Position numbers and translations under genes: made by a program. The notes beneath the pieces were generated by a model, which made no database searches, was not told the DNA's origin, and saw only the letters and a program-made list of their open reading frames with translations. A stretch of 64,000 bases of DNA, from contig JASGJO010000012.1 of assembly GCA_049840715.1 (NCBI GenBank), positions 2,376-66,375 of the forward strand, given 5' to 3'. Of this stretch, positions 41,044 to 52,653 are shown piece by piece. The first letter of the stretch is position 1. Every line of letters starts with the position of its first letter. The DNA is from Pseudorhodoferax sp. GTDB taxonomy: Bacteria > Pseudomonadota > Gammaproteobacteria > Burkholderiales > Burkholderiaceae_C.

Positions 41044-42225
41044 ATGCAAGCACCCACGACCCGCCGCACGGCGCTGACCCTGGCCGCCGCCGCGCTGGCC
41101 GGCCTGGCCGCCCCGGCGATGGCCCAGGACAACGTGTTCAAGATCGGCCTGATCCTGCCCATGACCGGGCAGCAGGCCACGACGGGCCGGCAGATCGAGG
41201 CGGCCGCGCGGCTGTACATGGCGCAGAACGGCGACACCGTGGCCGGCAGGAAGGTGCAGCTCATCGTCAAGGACGACACCAGCCTGCCCGACCAGACGCG
41301 CCGGCTCGCGCAGGAGCTGATCGTCAACGACAAGGTCAACGTGCTGGCCGGCATGGGCATCACGCCCTCGGCCATGGCCGTGGCGCCGCTGGCCACGCAG
41401 TCGAAGACGCCGCTGGTGGTGATGGCCGCCGCCACCTCCAGCATCACCGAGGCCTCGCCCTATGTGGTGCGCACCAGCTTCACGCTGCCGCAGGCCTCGG
41501 TCGCGCTGGCCGACTGGGCGCCCAGGAACGGCATCAAGACCGTGGTCTCGCTGGTCTCGGACTACGGCCCCGGCATCGACGCCGAGAAGTTCTTCAACGC
41601 GCGCATGGTCAACAACGGCGGCAAGGTCATCGAGGCGCTGCGCGTGCCCATGCGCAACCCCGACTTCGCGCCCTTCCTGCAGAAAGTGCGCGACCTCAAG
41701 CCCGACGCGCTGTTCGTGTTCGTGCCCTCGGGCGCGGGCGCGGCCGTCATGAAGCAGTTCACCGAGCGCGGCATGGACAAGGCCGGCATCAAGCTGATCG
41801 GCACCGGCGACGTGACCGACGACGACCAGCTCAACGACATGGGCGACAGCGTGCTGGGCGTGGTGACCTCGCACCACTACTCGGCCGCGCACCCGTCGGA
41901 TCTGAACAGGAAGTTCGTCGACGCCTTCCAGAAGGCCAACAAGAACCTGCGGCCCAACTTCATGGCCGTGGGCGGCTACGACGGCATGCGCGTGATCTAC
42001 GAGGCGCTCAAGACCACCAAGGGCGCCGGCGGCGGCGATGCATTGCTGGCCGCGATGAAGGGCCAGATCTTCGAGAGCCCGCGCGGCAAGATCTACATCG
42101 ACGCGCAGACGCGCGACGTGGTGCAGGACATCTACCTGCGCAAGGTCGAGAAGAAGGACGGGCAACTGTTCAACGTGGAGTTCGACGTCATCAAGGACGT
42201 CAAGGACCCTGGCAAAACCAAGTAA
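41044..42225 (+). CDS. Liv-type ABC substrate-binding protein (probably aromatic acids)
   Basis: KIGLILPMTG, DYGPGID, SPRG; adjacent to vanR. Confidence 0.88.
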   Translation: MQAPTTRRTALTLAAAALAGLAAPAMAQDNVFKIGLILPMTGQQATTGRQIEAAARLYMAQNGDTVAGRKVQLIVKDDTSLPDQTRRLAQELIVNDKVNVLAGMGITPSAMAVAPLATQSKTPLVVMAAATSSITEASPYVVRTSFTLPQASVALADWAPRNGIKTVVSLVSDYGPGIDAEKFFNARMVNNGGKVIEALRVPMRNPDFAPFLQKVRDLKPDALFVFVPSGAGAAVMKQFTERGMDKAGIKLIGTGDVTDDDQLNDMGDSVLGVVTSHHYSAAHPSDLNRKFVDAFQKANKNLRPNFMAVGGYDGMRVIYEALKTTKGAGGGDALLAAMKGQIFESPRGKIYIDAQTRDVVQDIYLRKVEKKDGQLFNVEFDVIKDVKDPGKTK

Positions 42226-42276
42226 GCCGCGCTCGAGCGCACGGGTGGCAGGCTGCCGCCCTTTTCCTCGCATTCC

Positions 42277-43149
42277 ATGCTGACCATCCTCTTCGACGGC
42301 ATCGCCTACGGCATGCTGCTGTTCATCCTGGCCGTGGGCCTGGCGGTGACCATGGGGCTGATGAACTTCATCAACCTCGCGCACGGCGCCTTCGCCATGG
42401 TGGGCGGCTACACCACGGTGCTGCTCATGCAGCGCGCGGGCTGGCCCTTCCTGGCCTGCCTGCCGCTGGCCTTCCTCGTGCCCGCGCTGCTGGGCGCGGT
42501 GCTGGAGCGCACGCTGTACCGGCCGCTCTACCAGCGCCCGCACCTGGACCAGGTGCTGTTCTCCATCGGCCTGACCTTCATGGCGGTGGCGGCGGTGGAC
42601 TACTTCATCGGCTCCACGCAGCAGATCATGCAGCTGCCCGAGTGGCTCAAGGGCCGCAGCGAGTTCGGCAGCGGCGCGTTCGCGTTGGGCATGGGCCACT
42701 ACCGGCTGTTCATCGTCGTGGTCTGCGCGGTGTTGACGCTGGCCTTGCAGTACGTGCTCTCGTCCACGCGCTTCGGCAGCCGGCTGCGCGCGAGCGTGGA
42801 CGACCAGCGCGTGGCGGCCGGCCTGGGCATCAACGTCAACTTCGTGTTCCTGGCCACCTTCGCGGTGGGCTCGGGCCTGGCGGGCCTGGGCGGCGCGCTG
42901 GGCGCCGAGGTGCTGGGGCTGGACCCGCAGTTCCCGCTCAAGTTCATGGTGTACTTCCTGATCGTCGTGGCCGTGGGCGGCACGGCCTCGATCACGGGGC
43001 CGCTGCTGGCCGCGCTGCTGCTGGGCGTGGCCGACGTGGCGGGCAAGTACTACATCCCCAAGATGGGGGCCTTCATCGTCTACAGCCTCATGATCGTGAT
43101 CCTGATCTGGCGGCCGCAGGGGCTTTTCATCAGGAAAGGCGCCAAGTGA
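42277..43149 (+). CDS. Liv-type ABC permease (LivH-like)
   Basis: GLMNFINLAHG motif. Confidence 0.9.
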   Translation: MLTILFDGIAYGMLLFILAVGLAVTMGLMNFINLAHGAFAMVGGYTTVLLMQRAGWPFLACLPLAFLVPALLGAVLERTLYRPLYQRPHLDQVLFSIGLTFMAVAAVDYFIGSTQQIMQLPEWLKGRSEFGSGAFALGMGHYRLFIVVVCAVLTLALQYVLSSTRFGSRLRASVDDQRVAAGLGINVNFVFLATFAVGSGLAGLGGALGAEVLGLDPQFPLKFMVYFLIVVAVGGTASITGPLLAALLLGVADVAGKYYIPKMGAFIVYSLMIVILIWRPQGLFIRKGAK

Positions 43150-44113
43150 TGGACACGCGTGCTTCCCTTCTCAACATCAGCCGCATGCGGCCCTGGGAGC
43201 CCGTGCTCTGGCTCATCGCCTTCGCCGCGCCGCTGCTGCTGCCCAGCAAGGCGCTGATCGTCAACGAGATCGCCATCGTCGCGCTGTTCGCGGTCTCGCT
43301 GGACCTGGTGCTGGGCTACACCGGCATCGTCTCGCTGGGCCATGCGGCCTTCTTCGGCATGGGTGCCTACTCGGCCGCGCTGTTCGCCAAGCACGTGATG
43401 CCCGATCCGCTGGCGGGCCTGGCCTTCGGCGTGGCCACGGCCACGCTGCTGGGCGCGGTGGGCTCGCTGACCGTGGTGCGCGGCACCGACCTCACGCGGC
43501 TCATGGTCACGCTGGGCGTGGGCCTCATCATGCTGGAACTGGCCAACAAGCTGGACTGGCTGACGGGCGGCGCCGACGGCCTGCAGGGCGTGGTCATCGG
43601 CCCGGTGCTGGGGCAGTTCGAGTTCGACCTGTACGGCAAGACGGCGGCCTGGTACTCGCTCACGGTGCTGCTGCTGTGCTTCGTGCTGGCGCGCCGGCTC
43701 GTGCATTCGCCGCTGGGCGCGAGCTTCAAGGCGATCCGCGACAACCGGCTGCGCGCGGGCGCCATCGGCATCCCGGTCACGGCGCGCATCGCCACGGCCT
43801 ACACCATCGCGGCCGCGCTGGCAGGGGCCTCGGGCGCGCTGCTGGCGCAGACCACGGGCTTCGCCTCGCTCGACGTGTTCGACTTCCACCGCTCGGCCGA
43901 CGTGATGCTGATCCTGATCGTGGGCGGCACGGGCTGGCTGTACGGCGGCGTGGCCGGCGCCATCGTGTTCAAGATCATGTACGACGTGCTGGCCTCGATC
44001 ACGCCGCAGTACTGGACGTTCTGGCTGGGCCTGTTCCTCGTGGTGCTGGTGCAGGTCGGGCGCGACCGGCTGCTCAAGCCCTGGACCTGGTTCGGCAAGC
44101 GGAGGAGGGCGTG

Positions 44114-44114
<1 letters not shown>
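43149..44114 (+). CDS. Liv-type ABC permease (LivM-like)
   Basis: GYTGIVSLGHAAFFG, TGGADG. Confidence 0.9.
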
Positions 44115-44870
<756 letters not shown>

Positions 44871-44878
<8 letters not shown>

Positions 44879-45590
44879 ACTGCTGCAGATCGAAGGGCTC
44901 TCGGCCGGCTATGGCGAGGCCGTGGTGTTGAGCGGCGTGAGCCTGGCGCTGCCCGAGGGCCGGACGCTGGCGCTGCTGGGCCGCAACGGCACGGGCAAGA
45001 CCACGCTCATGAACACGCTGGCGGGCGCCACGCGCCAGCACGCGGGCAGCATCCGGCTCGGCGAGGCGGCCCTGCACAAGCTGCCTGCCCACGAACGGGC
45101 CGCGGCCGGCATCGGCTGGGTGCCGCAGGAGCGCAACATCTTCAAGTCGCTCACGGTGCACGAGAACCTGACGGCCGTCGCGCGGCCGGGCCGCGCCGGT
45201 GCGCCGCAGTGGACGCCCGAGCGCGTCTACCAGATGTTCCCGCGCCTGGCCGAGCGCAAGGGCAACCTGGGCACGCAGCTGTCGGGCGGCGAGCAGCAGA
45301 TGCTGGCCGTGGGCCGCGCGCTGGTGCTGAACCCGCGCCTGCTGCTGCTGGACGAGCCGCTCGAAGGCCTGGCGCCCATCATCGTGGAGGAACTGCTCAA
45401 GGCCATCCGCCGCATCACGCGCGAGGAGGGCCTGTCGGCCATCATCGTCGAGCAGCACCCGCAGGCCATCCTCGCGATCTCCGACCTGGCCGCCGTGCTG
45501 GACCGCGGCAGCGTGGTGCACCAGGGCGGGGCGGCCGAGCTGCGGGCGCAGCCGGCGCTGCTGGACCAGTTGCTGGGCGTGGTGCGTTGA
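44871..45590 (+). CDS. Liv-type ABC ATPase (LivF-like)
   Basis: GRNGTGKTT, LSGGEQQM, DEPLEGLAP. Confidence 0.92.
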
Positions 45591-45598
45591 GTGCGGTT

Positions 45599-45898
45599 TC
45601 AGCCGCCGGACTCGATGGGCGACAAGGTGATCTTCAAGCCCAGGGCATGCAGCACCTTGAACAGCGTGTCGGAACTGGGCGCACGCTCGCCCGACAGGCT
45701 CTTGTACAGGCTCTCGCGTGACAGGCCGGTGTCGCGCGCCAGCTGCGACATGCCCCGCGCCTTGGCGACGTCGCCCAAGGCGGCGGCCAGCAGCACAGGG
45801 TCGCCGTCGTCGATGGCTGCCTGCAGGTAGGCCGCCATGTCGGCTTCGTCCCGCAGGTAGTGGGCGGCATCAAACGGGCGTGTCTTGATCGTGGCCAT
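45599..45898 (-). CDS. Addiction-module antidote protein (HigA-like HTH)
   Basis: FDAAHYL..ALGDVAKARGMSQLARDTGLSRESLYKSLS. Confidence 0.9.
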   Translation of the reverse strand: MATIKTRPFDAAHYLRDEADMAAYLQAAIDDGDPVLLAAALGDVAKARGMSQLARDTGLSRESLYKSLSGERAPSSDTLFKVLHALGLKITLSPIESGG

Positions 45899-46190
45899 CC
45901 GGAAGCTCCAGCACCATGGCTTTGGCGCGTTCGATGTCGCGTGCCTGCGTGGACTTGTCGCCGCCGGCGAGCATGACGATGAGCGTCGTGCCGCGCAACG
46001 TGTAGTACAACCTCCAGCCTGGGCCGAAGCTCTCGCGCATCTCCCAGACCTGGCCGCCGACGGACTTGTGGTCCCCCAGGTTGCCGAGCATGGCCTTGCG
46101 CAGCCGCAACTGCAGCCGCGCACGCGTGGTGCGATCCTTGAGACCCATCAGCCAGGCAGAGAACTGCTCGGTTTCGAGGACGCTGTACAT
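45870..46190 (-). CDS. RelE/HigB-like addiction-module toxin
   Basis: FSAWL..GNLGDHKSVG..EMRESFGPGWRLYY..GGDKSTQARDI; toxin precedes antitoxin. Confidence 0.9.
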   Translation of the reverse strand: MYSVLETEQFSAWLMGLKDRTTRARLQLRLRKAMLGNLGDHKSVGGQVWEMRESFGPGWRLYYTLRGTTLIVMLAGGDKSTQARDIERAKAMVLELPDGHDQDTPV

Positions 46191-46199
46191 GGGCAGGAT

Positions 46200-46217
46200 T
46201 GTAGCCATGTGGCTACA
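46200..46217. promoter_or_regulatory. TA operator palindrome overlapping the -10 (TACAAT)
   Basis: TGTAGCCA-TG-TGGCTACA perfect inverted repeat. Confidence 0.75.
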
Positions 46218-46254
46218 GTTCTGCATTCGTCAATCCGAGACAGAAAAAAGCAGC

Positions 46255-47229
46255 ATGTGGACCAAACGTGACTTCATGGCGGCCGGTGCCGCCACCATCC
46301 TGTGGCCGTTGCACGCACACGCCCAATCCTTCCCCAGCAAGCCGCTCAAGCTCGTCGTGCCCAACGCGGCCGGCGGCGCGGCCGACCTCACGGCGCGCAC
46401 CGTGGGCCAGAAGCTGGCCGACGCGCTGGGCCAGCCCGTGGTCATCGACAACCGGCCCAGCGCGGGCGGCATCGTGGCCGGCGAAGCGGTCGCGCGCGCG
46501 CCGGCCGACGGCCACACGCTGCTGCTGGTGTCCAGCGGCACGGCCGTCAGCGCGGCGCTGTTCAAGTCGCTGCCGTTCGACACGCAGAAGGACTTCGCGC
46601 CGGTGTCCATGCTGGCCACGTTCGACCTCGGCATCGTGGTCGCGCAGGACAGCCGCTTCAAGACGCTGGCCGAGCTCGTGGCCTATGCCAAGGCCAACCC
46701 GGGCAAGCTCAACATCGGCACGCCGCAGATCGGCACCACGCAGAACCTGGCGGCCGAACTGTTCAAGAGCACGGCCGGCATCGATGCGCAGATCGTGCCC
46801 TTCAACGGCACGCCGCCCGTGATCACGGCCGTGCGCGGCGGCCAGCTCGACGCCATGCTGGACATCCTGGGGCCGCTGATGGCGCAGATCAACGGCAAGG
46901 CGCTGCGGCCGCTGGCCGTGCTGGGCGCCAGGCGCACGGCATTGCTGCCCGACACGCCGGCCGCGCGCGAGGCGGGCGGCAGCCTGGCGAACTTCGACGT
47001 CGCGTCCTGGAACGGCCTGGCCGTGCCGGCCGCCACGCCCAGGGACGTGGTGGCCCGGCTCGCCAAGGAGACCAACGCGGCGCTCGCGCTGCCCGACGTG
47101 AAGCAGAAGCTGCTGGACTTGAGCCTGATCGCCCAGGGCAGCACGCCCGAGCAGCTGGCCGGCCAGCTGGACCGCGAGATCAAGCGCTGGAGCGAAGTCA
47201 TCCAACGCGCCAGCATTCCACGCCAATGA
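46255..47229 (+). CDS. Bug/TctC substrate-binding protein
   Basis: FPSKPLKLVVPNAAGGAAD, DNRPSAGG. Confidence 0.92.
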   Translation: MWTKRDFMAAGAATILWPLHAHAQSFPSKPLKLVVPNAAGGAADLTARTVGQKLADALGQPVVIDNRPSAGGIVAGEAVARAPADGHTLLLVSSGTAVSAALFKSLPFDTQKDFAPVSMLATFDLGIVVAQDSRFKTLAELVAYAKANPGKLNIGTPQIGTTQNLAAELFKSTAGIDAQIVPFNGTPPVITAVRGGQLDAMLDILGPLMAQINGKALRPLAVLGARRTALLPDTPAAREAGGSLANFDVASWNGLAVPAATPRDVVARLAKETNAALALPDVKQKLLDLSLIAQGSTPEQLAGQLDREIKRWSEVIQRASIPRQ

Positions 47230-47714
47230 ACATTGCCATCCGCGACGCCGGCCGGGACGACACCGCGCTGATCCTGCACTTCATCCGCGAACTGGCCATC
47301 TACGAGAAGGCGGAAGACCAGGTCGAGGCCACGCCCGAGACCCTGGCCGCGAGCCTGTTCGGCCCCGGCAGCCCGTCGCGCGCACTCGTCTGCGAGCAGG
47401 ACGGCCAGGCCATCGGCTTCGCCGTCTACTTCTTCAACTATTCGACCTGGCAGGCCAGGAAGGGCCTGTACCTGGAAGACCTGTTCGTGCTGCCCGCCGC
47501 GCGCGGCCAGGGCGCCGGCAAGCGGCTGCTGCAGCACCTGGCGAGCATCGCCGTGGCCGAGGGCTGCGGCCGCTTCGAGTGGAGCGTGCTGGACTGGAAC
47601 CGGCCGGCCATCGACTTCTACGAGTCCATCGGCGCCAGGCCGCAGAGCGAATGGGTGCGCTACCGCCTGCACGGGCAGGCGCTGCGCGATTTCGCGGCCA
47701 GCGCCTCCTCGTGA
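47226..47714 (+). CDS. GNAT N-acetyltransferase (SSAT-like)
   Basis: IRELAIYE, YSTWQ..LYLEDLFV, RGQGAG, WSVLDWN. Confidence 0.9.
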   Translation: MNIAIRDAGRDDTALILHFIRELAIYEKAEDQVEATPETLAASLFGPGSPSRALVCEQDGQAIGFAVYFFNYSTWQARKGLYLEDLFVLPAARGQGAGKRLLQHLASIAVAEGCGRFEWSVLDWNRPAIDFYESIGARPQSEWVRYRLHGQALRDFAASASS

Positions 47715-48814
47715 CCGCAGCACGCAGCCGCGAGCAACTTCCCGACACGCTGCGCGCCATCGCCATGCTGTCCGTGCTGGTGGTCAACGCCATCGGCTAT
47801 GCGGCGGCACCCTGGGGCCCGATGCTGGGCGTGCGCACGCCCTCCGACAGCGCCTGGGCCGCCGTGGCCCAGGGCCTGGTGGGCGCGCTGCTGCAGGGCA
47901 AGGGCGTGGCGATGCTGAGCTTCGTGTTCGGCATGTCGCTGTGGCTGGCGGCCCGGCGGCGCCCCCGGCGCGAGGCGCTGCAGCGCGGCCTGGCGCGCAA
48001 CCGCCGCCTGCTCGGGCTGGGCATCGTGCACGGCGTCTTCGTCTACTTCGGCGACATCCTCACGCTCTACGCGCTGGTCGGCCGGCAGCTGCTGCGCCGG
48101 CTGCACATGCCCTGGCGTGGCCTGCGCCGGCACCTGTGGCGGGCGCTGGCCTGGGCGCTGCTGGCCAAGTTCGCGTGGGTGCTGGTCCTGGTGGGCTTCG
48201 GCGCCGATCCCGACACGCGCGGTGTGCCGTCGTTCGCGGCCGTCCGGGGTGCCTGGCCGTTCCTGCAGCTCAACGCCGGCAGCTATGCCTTGGGGCTGGC
48301 CACGAGCCTGGTCATGGCCGGGACCGTGACCTACCTGTGCATGGCCTGCGGCGTGGCCGCCGCGCGCCTGCGGCTGCTGACCCACCGCCGCTGGCGCGGG
48401 GCGCTGCGCCGCCTGCTGCGGCGGGGTGGCCTGCTGCTGCTCGCGCCGAGTGCCGTCTACGGCTGGTCCTGTGCCGCCCCGGGGCCGGCGCACGCCCGGC
48501 CATGGATCGACGCGCTCGGCGACGCCATCGCCATCCCCGTGGCGGCCTGCTACATCGCCGCGCTGGCGCTGGCCTCGGGCGGCGGCAGGGCGCGCTGGTG
48601 CGGCTGGTTCAGCCCGCTCGGGCAGCGCACGCTGAGCCTGTACATCGGCCACAGCCTGCTGTGCGTGGCCCTGTTCTCCGGCCTGGGATGGGCGGTCGCG
48701 GCGAGCACGCTGCAGACCGTGCTGTTCTGCCTGGGCCTGTGGCTGCTGGCGCTGGCCGCGGCCCGGCACAGCCGTGGCCCCTGGCCGCTCGAAGCCTGGA
48801 TGGCGCGGCGCTGA
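47711..48814 (+). CDS. DUF418/YeiB-family membrane protein
   Basis: DTLRAIA, GK..LSFVFG, GDILTLYA, GQRTLSLYIGHS, PLEAWM. Confidence 0.8.
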   Translation: MTAARSREQLPDTLRAIAMLSVLVVNAIGYAAAPWGPMLGVRTPSDSAWAAVAQGLVGALLQGKGVAMLSFVFGMSLWLAARRRPRREALQRGLARNRRLLGLGIVHGVFVYFGDILTLYALVGRQLLRRLHMPWRGLRRHLWRALAWALLAKFAWVLVLVGFGADPDTRGVPSFAAVRGAWPFLQLNAGSYALGLATSLVMAGTVTYLCMACGVAAARLRLLTHRRWRGALRRLLRRGGLLLLAPSAVYGWSCAAPGPAHARPWIDALGDAIAIPVAACYIAALALASGGGRARWCGWFSPLGQRTLSLYIGHSLLCVALFSGLGWAVAASTLQTVLFCLGLWLLALAAARHSRGPWPLEAWMARR

Positions 48815-48826
48815 GGCCGCGCGGCT

Positions 48827-49771
48827 TCAGAGCGGCGTGGACATCGGCCGTCCCGCGAAGAAGGCCTCCAGGTTGTCCAGCACCAGCGTGACGGAACCCT
48901 GGATCGCCTCCGGCGAGCGGCCTGCGATGTGCGGCGTGATGATCACGTTGGCGATGTCCAGCAGTTCGGCGGGCGGCTGGGGCTCGCTCTCGTAGACGTC
49001 GATGCCGGCCGAGGCGATGCGGCCTTCGCGCAGGGCCGCGGCCAGCGCCGCCGTGTCGACCACGCTGCCGCGCGCGATGTTGACCAGCGTGCCCTTGGGG
49101 CCGAGCGCCTGCAGCACCTCGGCGTTGACGAGGTGCCTGGTCGCGGCACCGCCCGGCGTGGCCACGACCAGGTAGTCAGCCCATTCGGCGAGCGCGCGCA
49201 CGCTGTCGAAATAGCGGTGCGGCAGTTCGGGCCTGGCGCTGCGGCTGTGGTAGCCCACGGCGATGTCGAAGCCGGCCGCGCGCCTGGCGATCTGCCGGCC
49301 GATGTCGCCCATGCCCAGCAGGCCCAGGCGCTTGCCGCTCACGGTGGGGGTGTAGAAGGCCAGCTGGTCGCGCCACAGGCCGCGGCGCACGCCCACGTCC
49401 ATCTGCACGATGCCGCGCACGGCCGCCAGCAGCAGGCCGAAGGCGTGGTCAGCCACGCAGGTGGCATTGCTGCCCGCGGCATTGGCCACGGCGATGCCGC
49501 GCGACTTGGCCGCGGCCACGTCGACGAGCTCGTAGCCCACGCCCAGCGTGTGCACCACTTCCAGCGCCGGCAGCGCGGCGATCTCCGCCGCCGTGAGGCC
49601 GATGGTGCCGATGGTCAGCACGGCGCGGACGCGCGCACCGTGTTCGGCGATGGCCTGGGCGCGGCGCGCGTCGTCGCCGGCCTCGATCACGTCGAAGCGG
49701 TCGTGGAACTGTTGCATGTACTCGGCTTGCAGCGGGCACAGCACGAGCAGCGTGGGGCGGGAGGTCGTCAT
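48827..49771 (-). CDS. D-2-hydroxyacid dehydrogenase
   Basis: GMGDIG, NIARGSVVD, DVYESEP, TPHIAG. Confidence 0.92.
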   Translation of the reverse strand: MTTSRPTLLVLCPLQAEYMQQFHDRFDVIEAGDDARRAQAIAEHGARVRAVLTIGTIGLTAAEIAALPALEVVHTLGVGYELVDVAAAKSRGIAVANAAGSNATCVADHAFGLLLAAVRGIVQMDVGVRRGLWRDQLAFYTPTVSGKRLGLLGMGDIGRQIARRAAGFDIAVGYHSRSARPELPHRYFDSVRALAEWADYLVVATPGGAATRHLVNAEVLQALGPKGTLVNIARGSVVDTAALAAALREGRIASAGIDVYESEPQPPAELLDIANVIITPHIAGRSPEAIQGSVTLVLDNLEAFFAGRPMSTPL

Positions 49772-49816
49772 GGCAGGGAAAGCGGACAGCGAAAGCGCCG
49801 CAGTCTAGCCCCGGCT

Positions 49817-50737
49817 TCAGCCCGCGTAGGGGGCGATGGCCCGCAAGACCACATCCTGCAGCAGGGCGCGCGCCACCTTCTGCGTCTCGGTCGAGGGCCG
49901 GCGCGAGGAGCGCACCAGCGTGAGCTGGCTGGTCGGCCGCGGCGCCTGCAGGCGGCGCACCACGAGCGTGCCGCCGTGGTCGATGTTGGCCAGCGTGTAG
50001 GCGGGCAGCACGGCATGGCCGAAGCCCTCGCGCACCAGGCTCAGGATGGCGTTGAGCCCGTCGACCTCCATGGCGATGCGCAACGCGCAGCCCAGGCGCA
50101 TGGTCTCGGCCTCCAGCAGCAGGCGAAAGGCATTGGGGCGGCTGGGCAGGATCAGGGGCAGGGCGGCGGCGTCGCGCAAGGCCACCGCGGCGCGGGCCTT
50201 GCCCTTGCCTTCGGGCACCTCGGCCTGCGGCGAGATCAGCACGAGTTCCTCCTCGTGCAGCAGGGTCTGCTCCATGTCGGGCGAGCGCTCGGGGTTGTAG
50301 AGCAGGGCCATGTCCAGGTTGCCCATGCGCAGGCTGTCGATCATGACCAGCGAGAAGCCCTCGGTCAGCGTGAGCTGGGCCTGCGGCAGCTTGGCGCGGA
50401 AGGCCTGGGTCAGCGGCACCGTGATGAGCCGCGACAGGCTGGGCGGCAGGCCGATGGACACGCGCCCGGCCAGCGCGCCGCGCGCCACGCCGAGTTCCTC
50501 GCGCGCTACCGCCACCTGGTGCAGGATGCCGCGGCCATGCTCGAGCAGCAGCTTGCCGGCCTCGGTGGGCGTGGCGCCGCGGCCGTTGCGCGCCAGCAGG
50601 TTCTGGCGCAACTCGACCTCGAGCAGGCGGATCTGGCGCGACAGCGCGGGCTGCGCCACGTCCAGCGCGATGGCCGCGCGCGTGAAGCTGCCGAGCTCGG
50701 CCACGCGCACGAAGTACTCCAGTTGCTTCAAATCCAT
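49817..50737 (-). CDS. LysR-family regulator, probable activator of the PCA 4,5-cleavage operon
   Basis: MDLKQLEYF..GSFTRAA..AQPALSRQI; divergent from ligJ. Confidence 0.92.
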   Translation of the reverse strand: MDLKQLEYFVRVAELGSFTRAAIALDVAQPALSRQIRLLEVELRQNLLARNGRGATPTEAGKLLLEHGRGILHQVAVAREELGVARGALAGRVSIGLPPSLSRLITVPLTQAFRAKLPQAQLTLTEGFSLVMIDSLRMGNLDMALLYNPERSPDMEQTLLHEEELVLISPQAEVPEGKGKARAAVALRDAAALPLILPSRPNAFRLLLEAETMRLGCALRIAMEVDGLNAILSLVREGFGHAVLPAYTLANIDHGGTLVVRRLQAPRPTSQLTLVRSSRRPSTETQKVARALLQDVVLRAIAPYAG

Positions 50738-50869
50738 GCTGTAAGTGTATTGAATAGCGCTGACAGAGTTATGCCATTTCGTTCTAGCTGATAGCAGGCT
50801 TGCAAGCTAGGCGGGTATCCGGCGCGCGCGCAGAATCCGCCCACCGCAGAGCCCAACACGAGGAGCAAC

Positions 50870-51916
50870 ATGAGCCGCGAGAACCCCTTGATCATCGACG
50901 TGCACGGCCACTACACGACCGCGCCCAAGGCGCTGGAAAACTGGCGCAACCAGCAGATCGCCGGCATCAAGGACCCGGCCGTGATGCCGAAGGTGTCCGA
51001 CCTGAAGATCAGCGACGACGAGCTGCGCGAGAGCATCGAGCTGAACCAGCTGGCCAAGATGCGCGAGCGCGGCAGCGACCTCACCATCTTCAGCCCGCGG
51101 GCGAGCTTCATGGCGCACCACATCGGCGACTTCAACGTCTCGTCGACCTGGGCCGCGATCTGCAACGAGCTGTGCTACCGCGTGGCACAGCTGTTCCCCG
51201 ACAACTTCATCCCGGCCGCGATGCTGCCGCAAAGCCCCGGCGTCGACCCCGCGACCTGCATTCCCGAACTCGAGAAGTGCGTCAAGGAGTACGGCAACGT
51301 CGGCATCAACCTGAACCCCGACCCCTCGGGCGGCCACTGGACCAGCCCGCCGCTGTCGGACCGCCACTGGTACCCGATCTACGAGAAGATGGTCGAGTAC
51401 GACATCCCGGCCATGGTGCACGTGAGCACCTCGTGCAACGCCTGCTTCCACACCACGGGTGCCCACTACCTGAACGCCGACACCACGGCCTTCATGCAGT
51501 GCCTGACCTCGGACCTGTTCAAGGACTTCCCGACGCTGAAGTTCCTGGTCCCGCACGGCGGCGGTGCCGTGCCCTACCACTGGGGCCGTTTCCGCGGCCT
51601 GGCGCAGGAGCTCAAGAAGCCGCTCCTGACCGAGCACCTGCTGAACAACATCTACTTCGACACCTGCGTCTACCACCAGCCCGGCATCGACCTGCTGACC
51701 AAGGTGATCCCCACGAAGAACGTGCTGTTCGCCAGCGAGATGATCGGCGCCGTGCGCGGCATCGACCCGGAAACCGGCCACTACTACGACGACACCAAGC
51801 GCTACATCCTCGCCACGCCCAACCTCACGGACGAGGATCGCTACCAGGTGTTCGAAGGCAATGCGCGCCGCGTGTTCACGCGCCTGGACGCCGCACTGGC
51901 CGCGAAGAACAAGTAA
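50870..51916 (+). CDS. ligJ: 4-oxalomesaconate hydratase
   Basis: [38 protein letters not shown]. Confidence 0.93.
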   Translation: MSRENPLIIDVHGHYTTAPKALENWRNQQIAGIKDPAVMPKVSDLKISDDELRESIELNQLAKMRERGSDLTIFSPRASFMAHHIGDFNVSSTWAAICNELCYRVAQLFPDNFIPAAMLPQSPGVDPATCIPELEKCVKEYGNVGINLNPDPSGGHWTSPPLSDRHWYPIYEKMVEYDIPAMVHVSTSCNACFHTTGAHYLNADTTAFMQCLTSDLFKDFPTLKFLVPHGGGAVPYHWGRFRGLAQELKKPLLTEHLLNNIYFDTCVYHQPGIDLLTKVIPTKNVLFASEMIGAVRGIDPETGHYYDDTKRYILATPNLTDEDRYQVFEGNARRVFTRLDAALAAKNK

Positions 51917-51939
51917 CCGGGCAACCAAGGAGAACCGCC

Positions 51940-52623
51940 ATGTACGAACTCGGAGTCGTCTACCGCAACATCCAGCGCACCGACGCCGCGACCGCCGACG
52001 CGCTCGCCGCGCTGGGCTCGGCCACCGTGCACGAGGCCATGGGCCGCGTGGGCCTGCTCAAGCCCTACATGCGCCCGATCTTCCCGGGCGCCCAGGTGTC
52101 CGGCACGGCCGTCACGGTGCTGCTGCACCCGGGCGACAACTGGATGATGCATGTCGTCGCGGAGCAGATCCGGCCCGGCGACATCGTGGTCGCCGCCATC
52201 ACGGCCGAGTGCACCGACGGCTACTTCGGCGACCTGCTGGCCACGAGCTTCCAGGCCCGCGGCGCGCGCGCCCTGGTCATCGACGCCGGCGTGCGCGATG
52301 TGAAGACGCTCAAGGAAATGAACTTCCCGGTCTGGAGCAAGGCCATCAGCAGCAAGGGCACGATCAAGGCCACCATCGGCTCGGTCAACATCCCCGTGGT
52401 CTGCGCCGGCATGCTGGTCACGCCGGGCGACGTGATCGTGGCCGACGACGACGGCGTGGTCTGCGTGCCGCGCGAGAAGGCCGCCGCCACGCTGGCCGCC
52501 GCGCGCAAGCGCGAGGCCAACGAGGGCGAGAAGCGCGACAAGCTGGCCTCCGGCGTGCTGGGCCTGGACATGTACAAGATGCGCGAGCCGCTGGCCGCCG
52601 CGGGCCTGAAGTACATCGACTGA
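51940..52623 (+). CDS. ligK: 4-carboxy-4-hydroxy-2-oxoadipate aldolase
   Basis: [34 protein letters not shown]. Confidence 0.93.
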   Translation: MYELGVVYRNIQRTDAATADALAALGSATVHEAMGRVGLLKPYMRPIFPGAQVSGTAVTVLLHPGDNWMMHVVAEQIRPGDIVVAAITAECTDGYFGDLLATSFQARGARALVIDAGVRDVKTLKEMNFPVWSKAISSKGTIKATIGSVNIPVVCAGMLVTPGDVIVADDDGVVCVPREKAAATLAAARKREANEGEKRDKLASGVLGLDMYKMREPLAAAGLKYID

Positions 52624-52653
52624 AACAACCGACTGAAACGAGAGAGACAGACC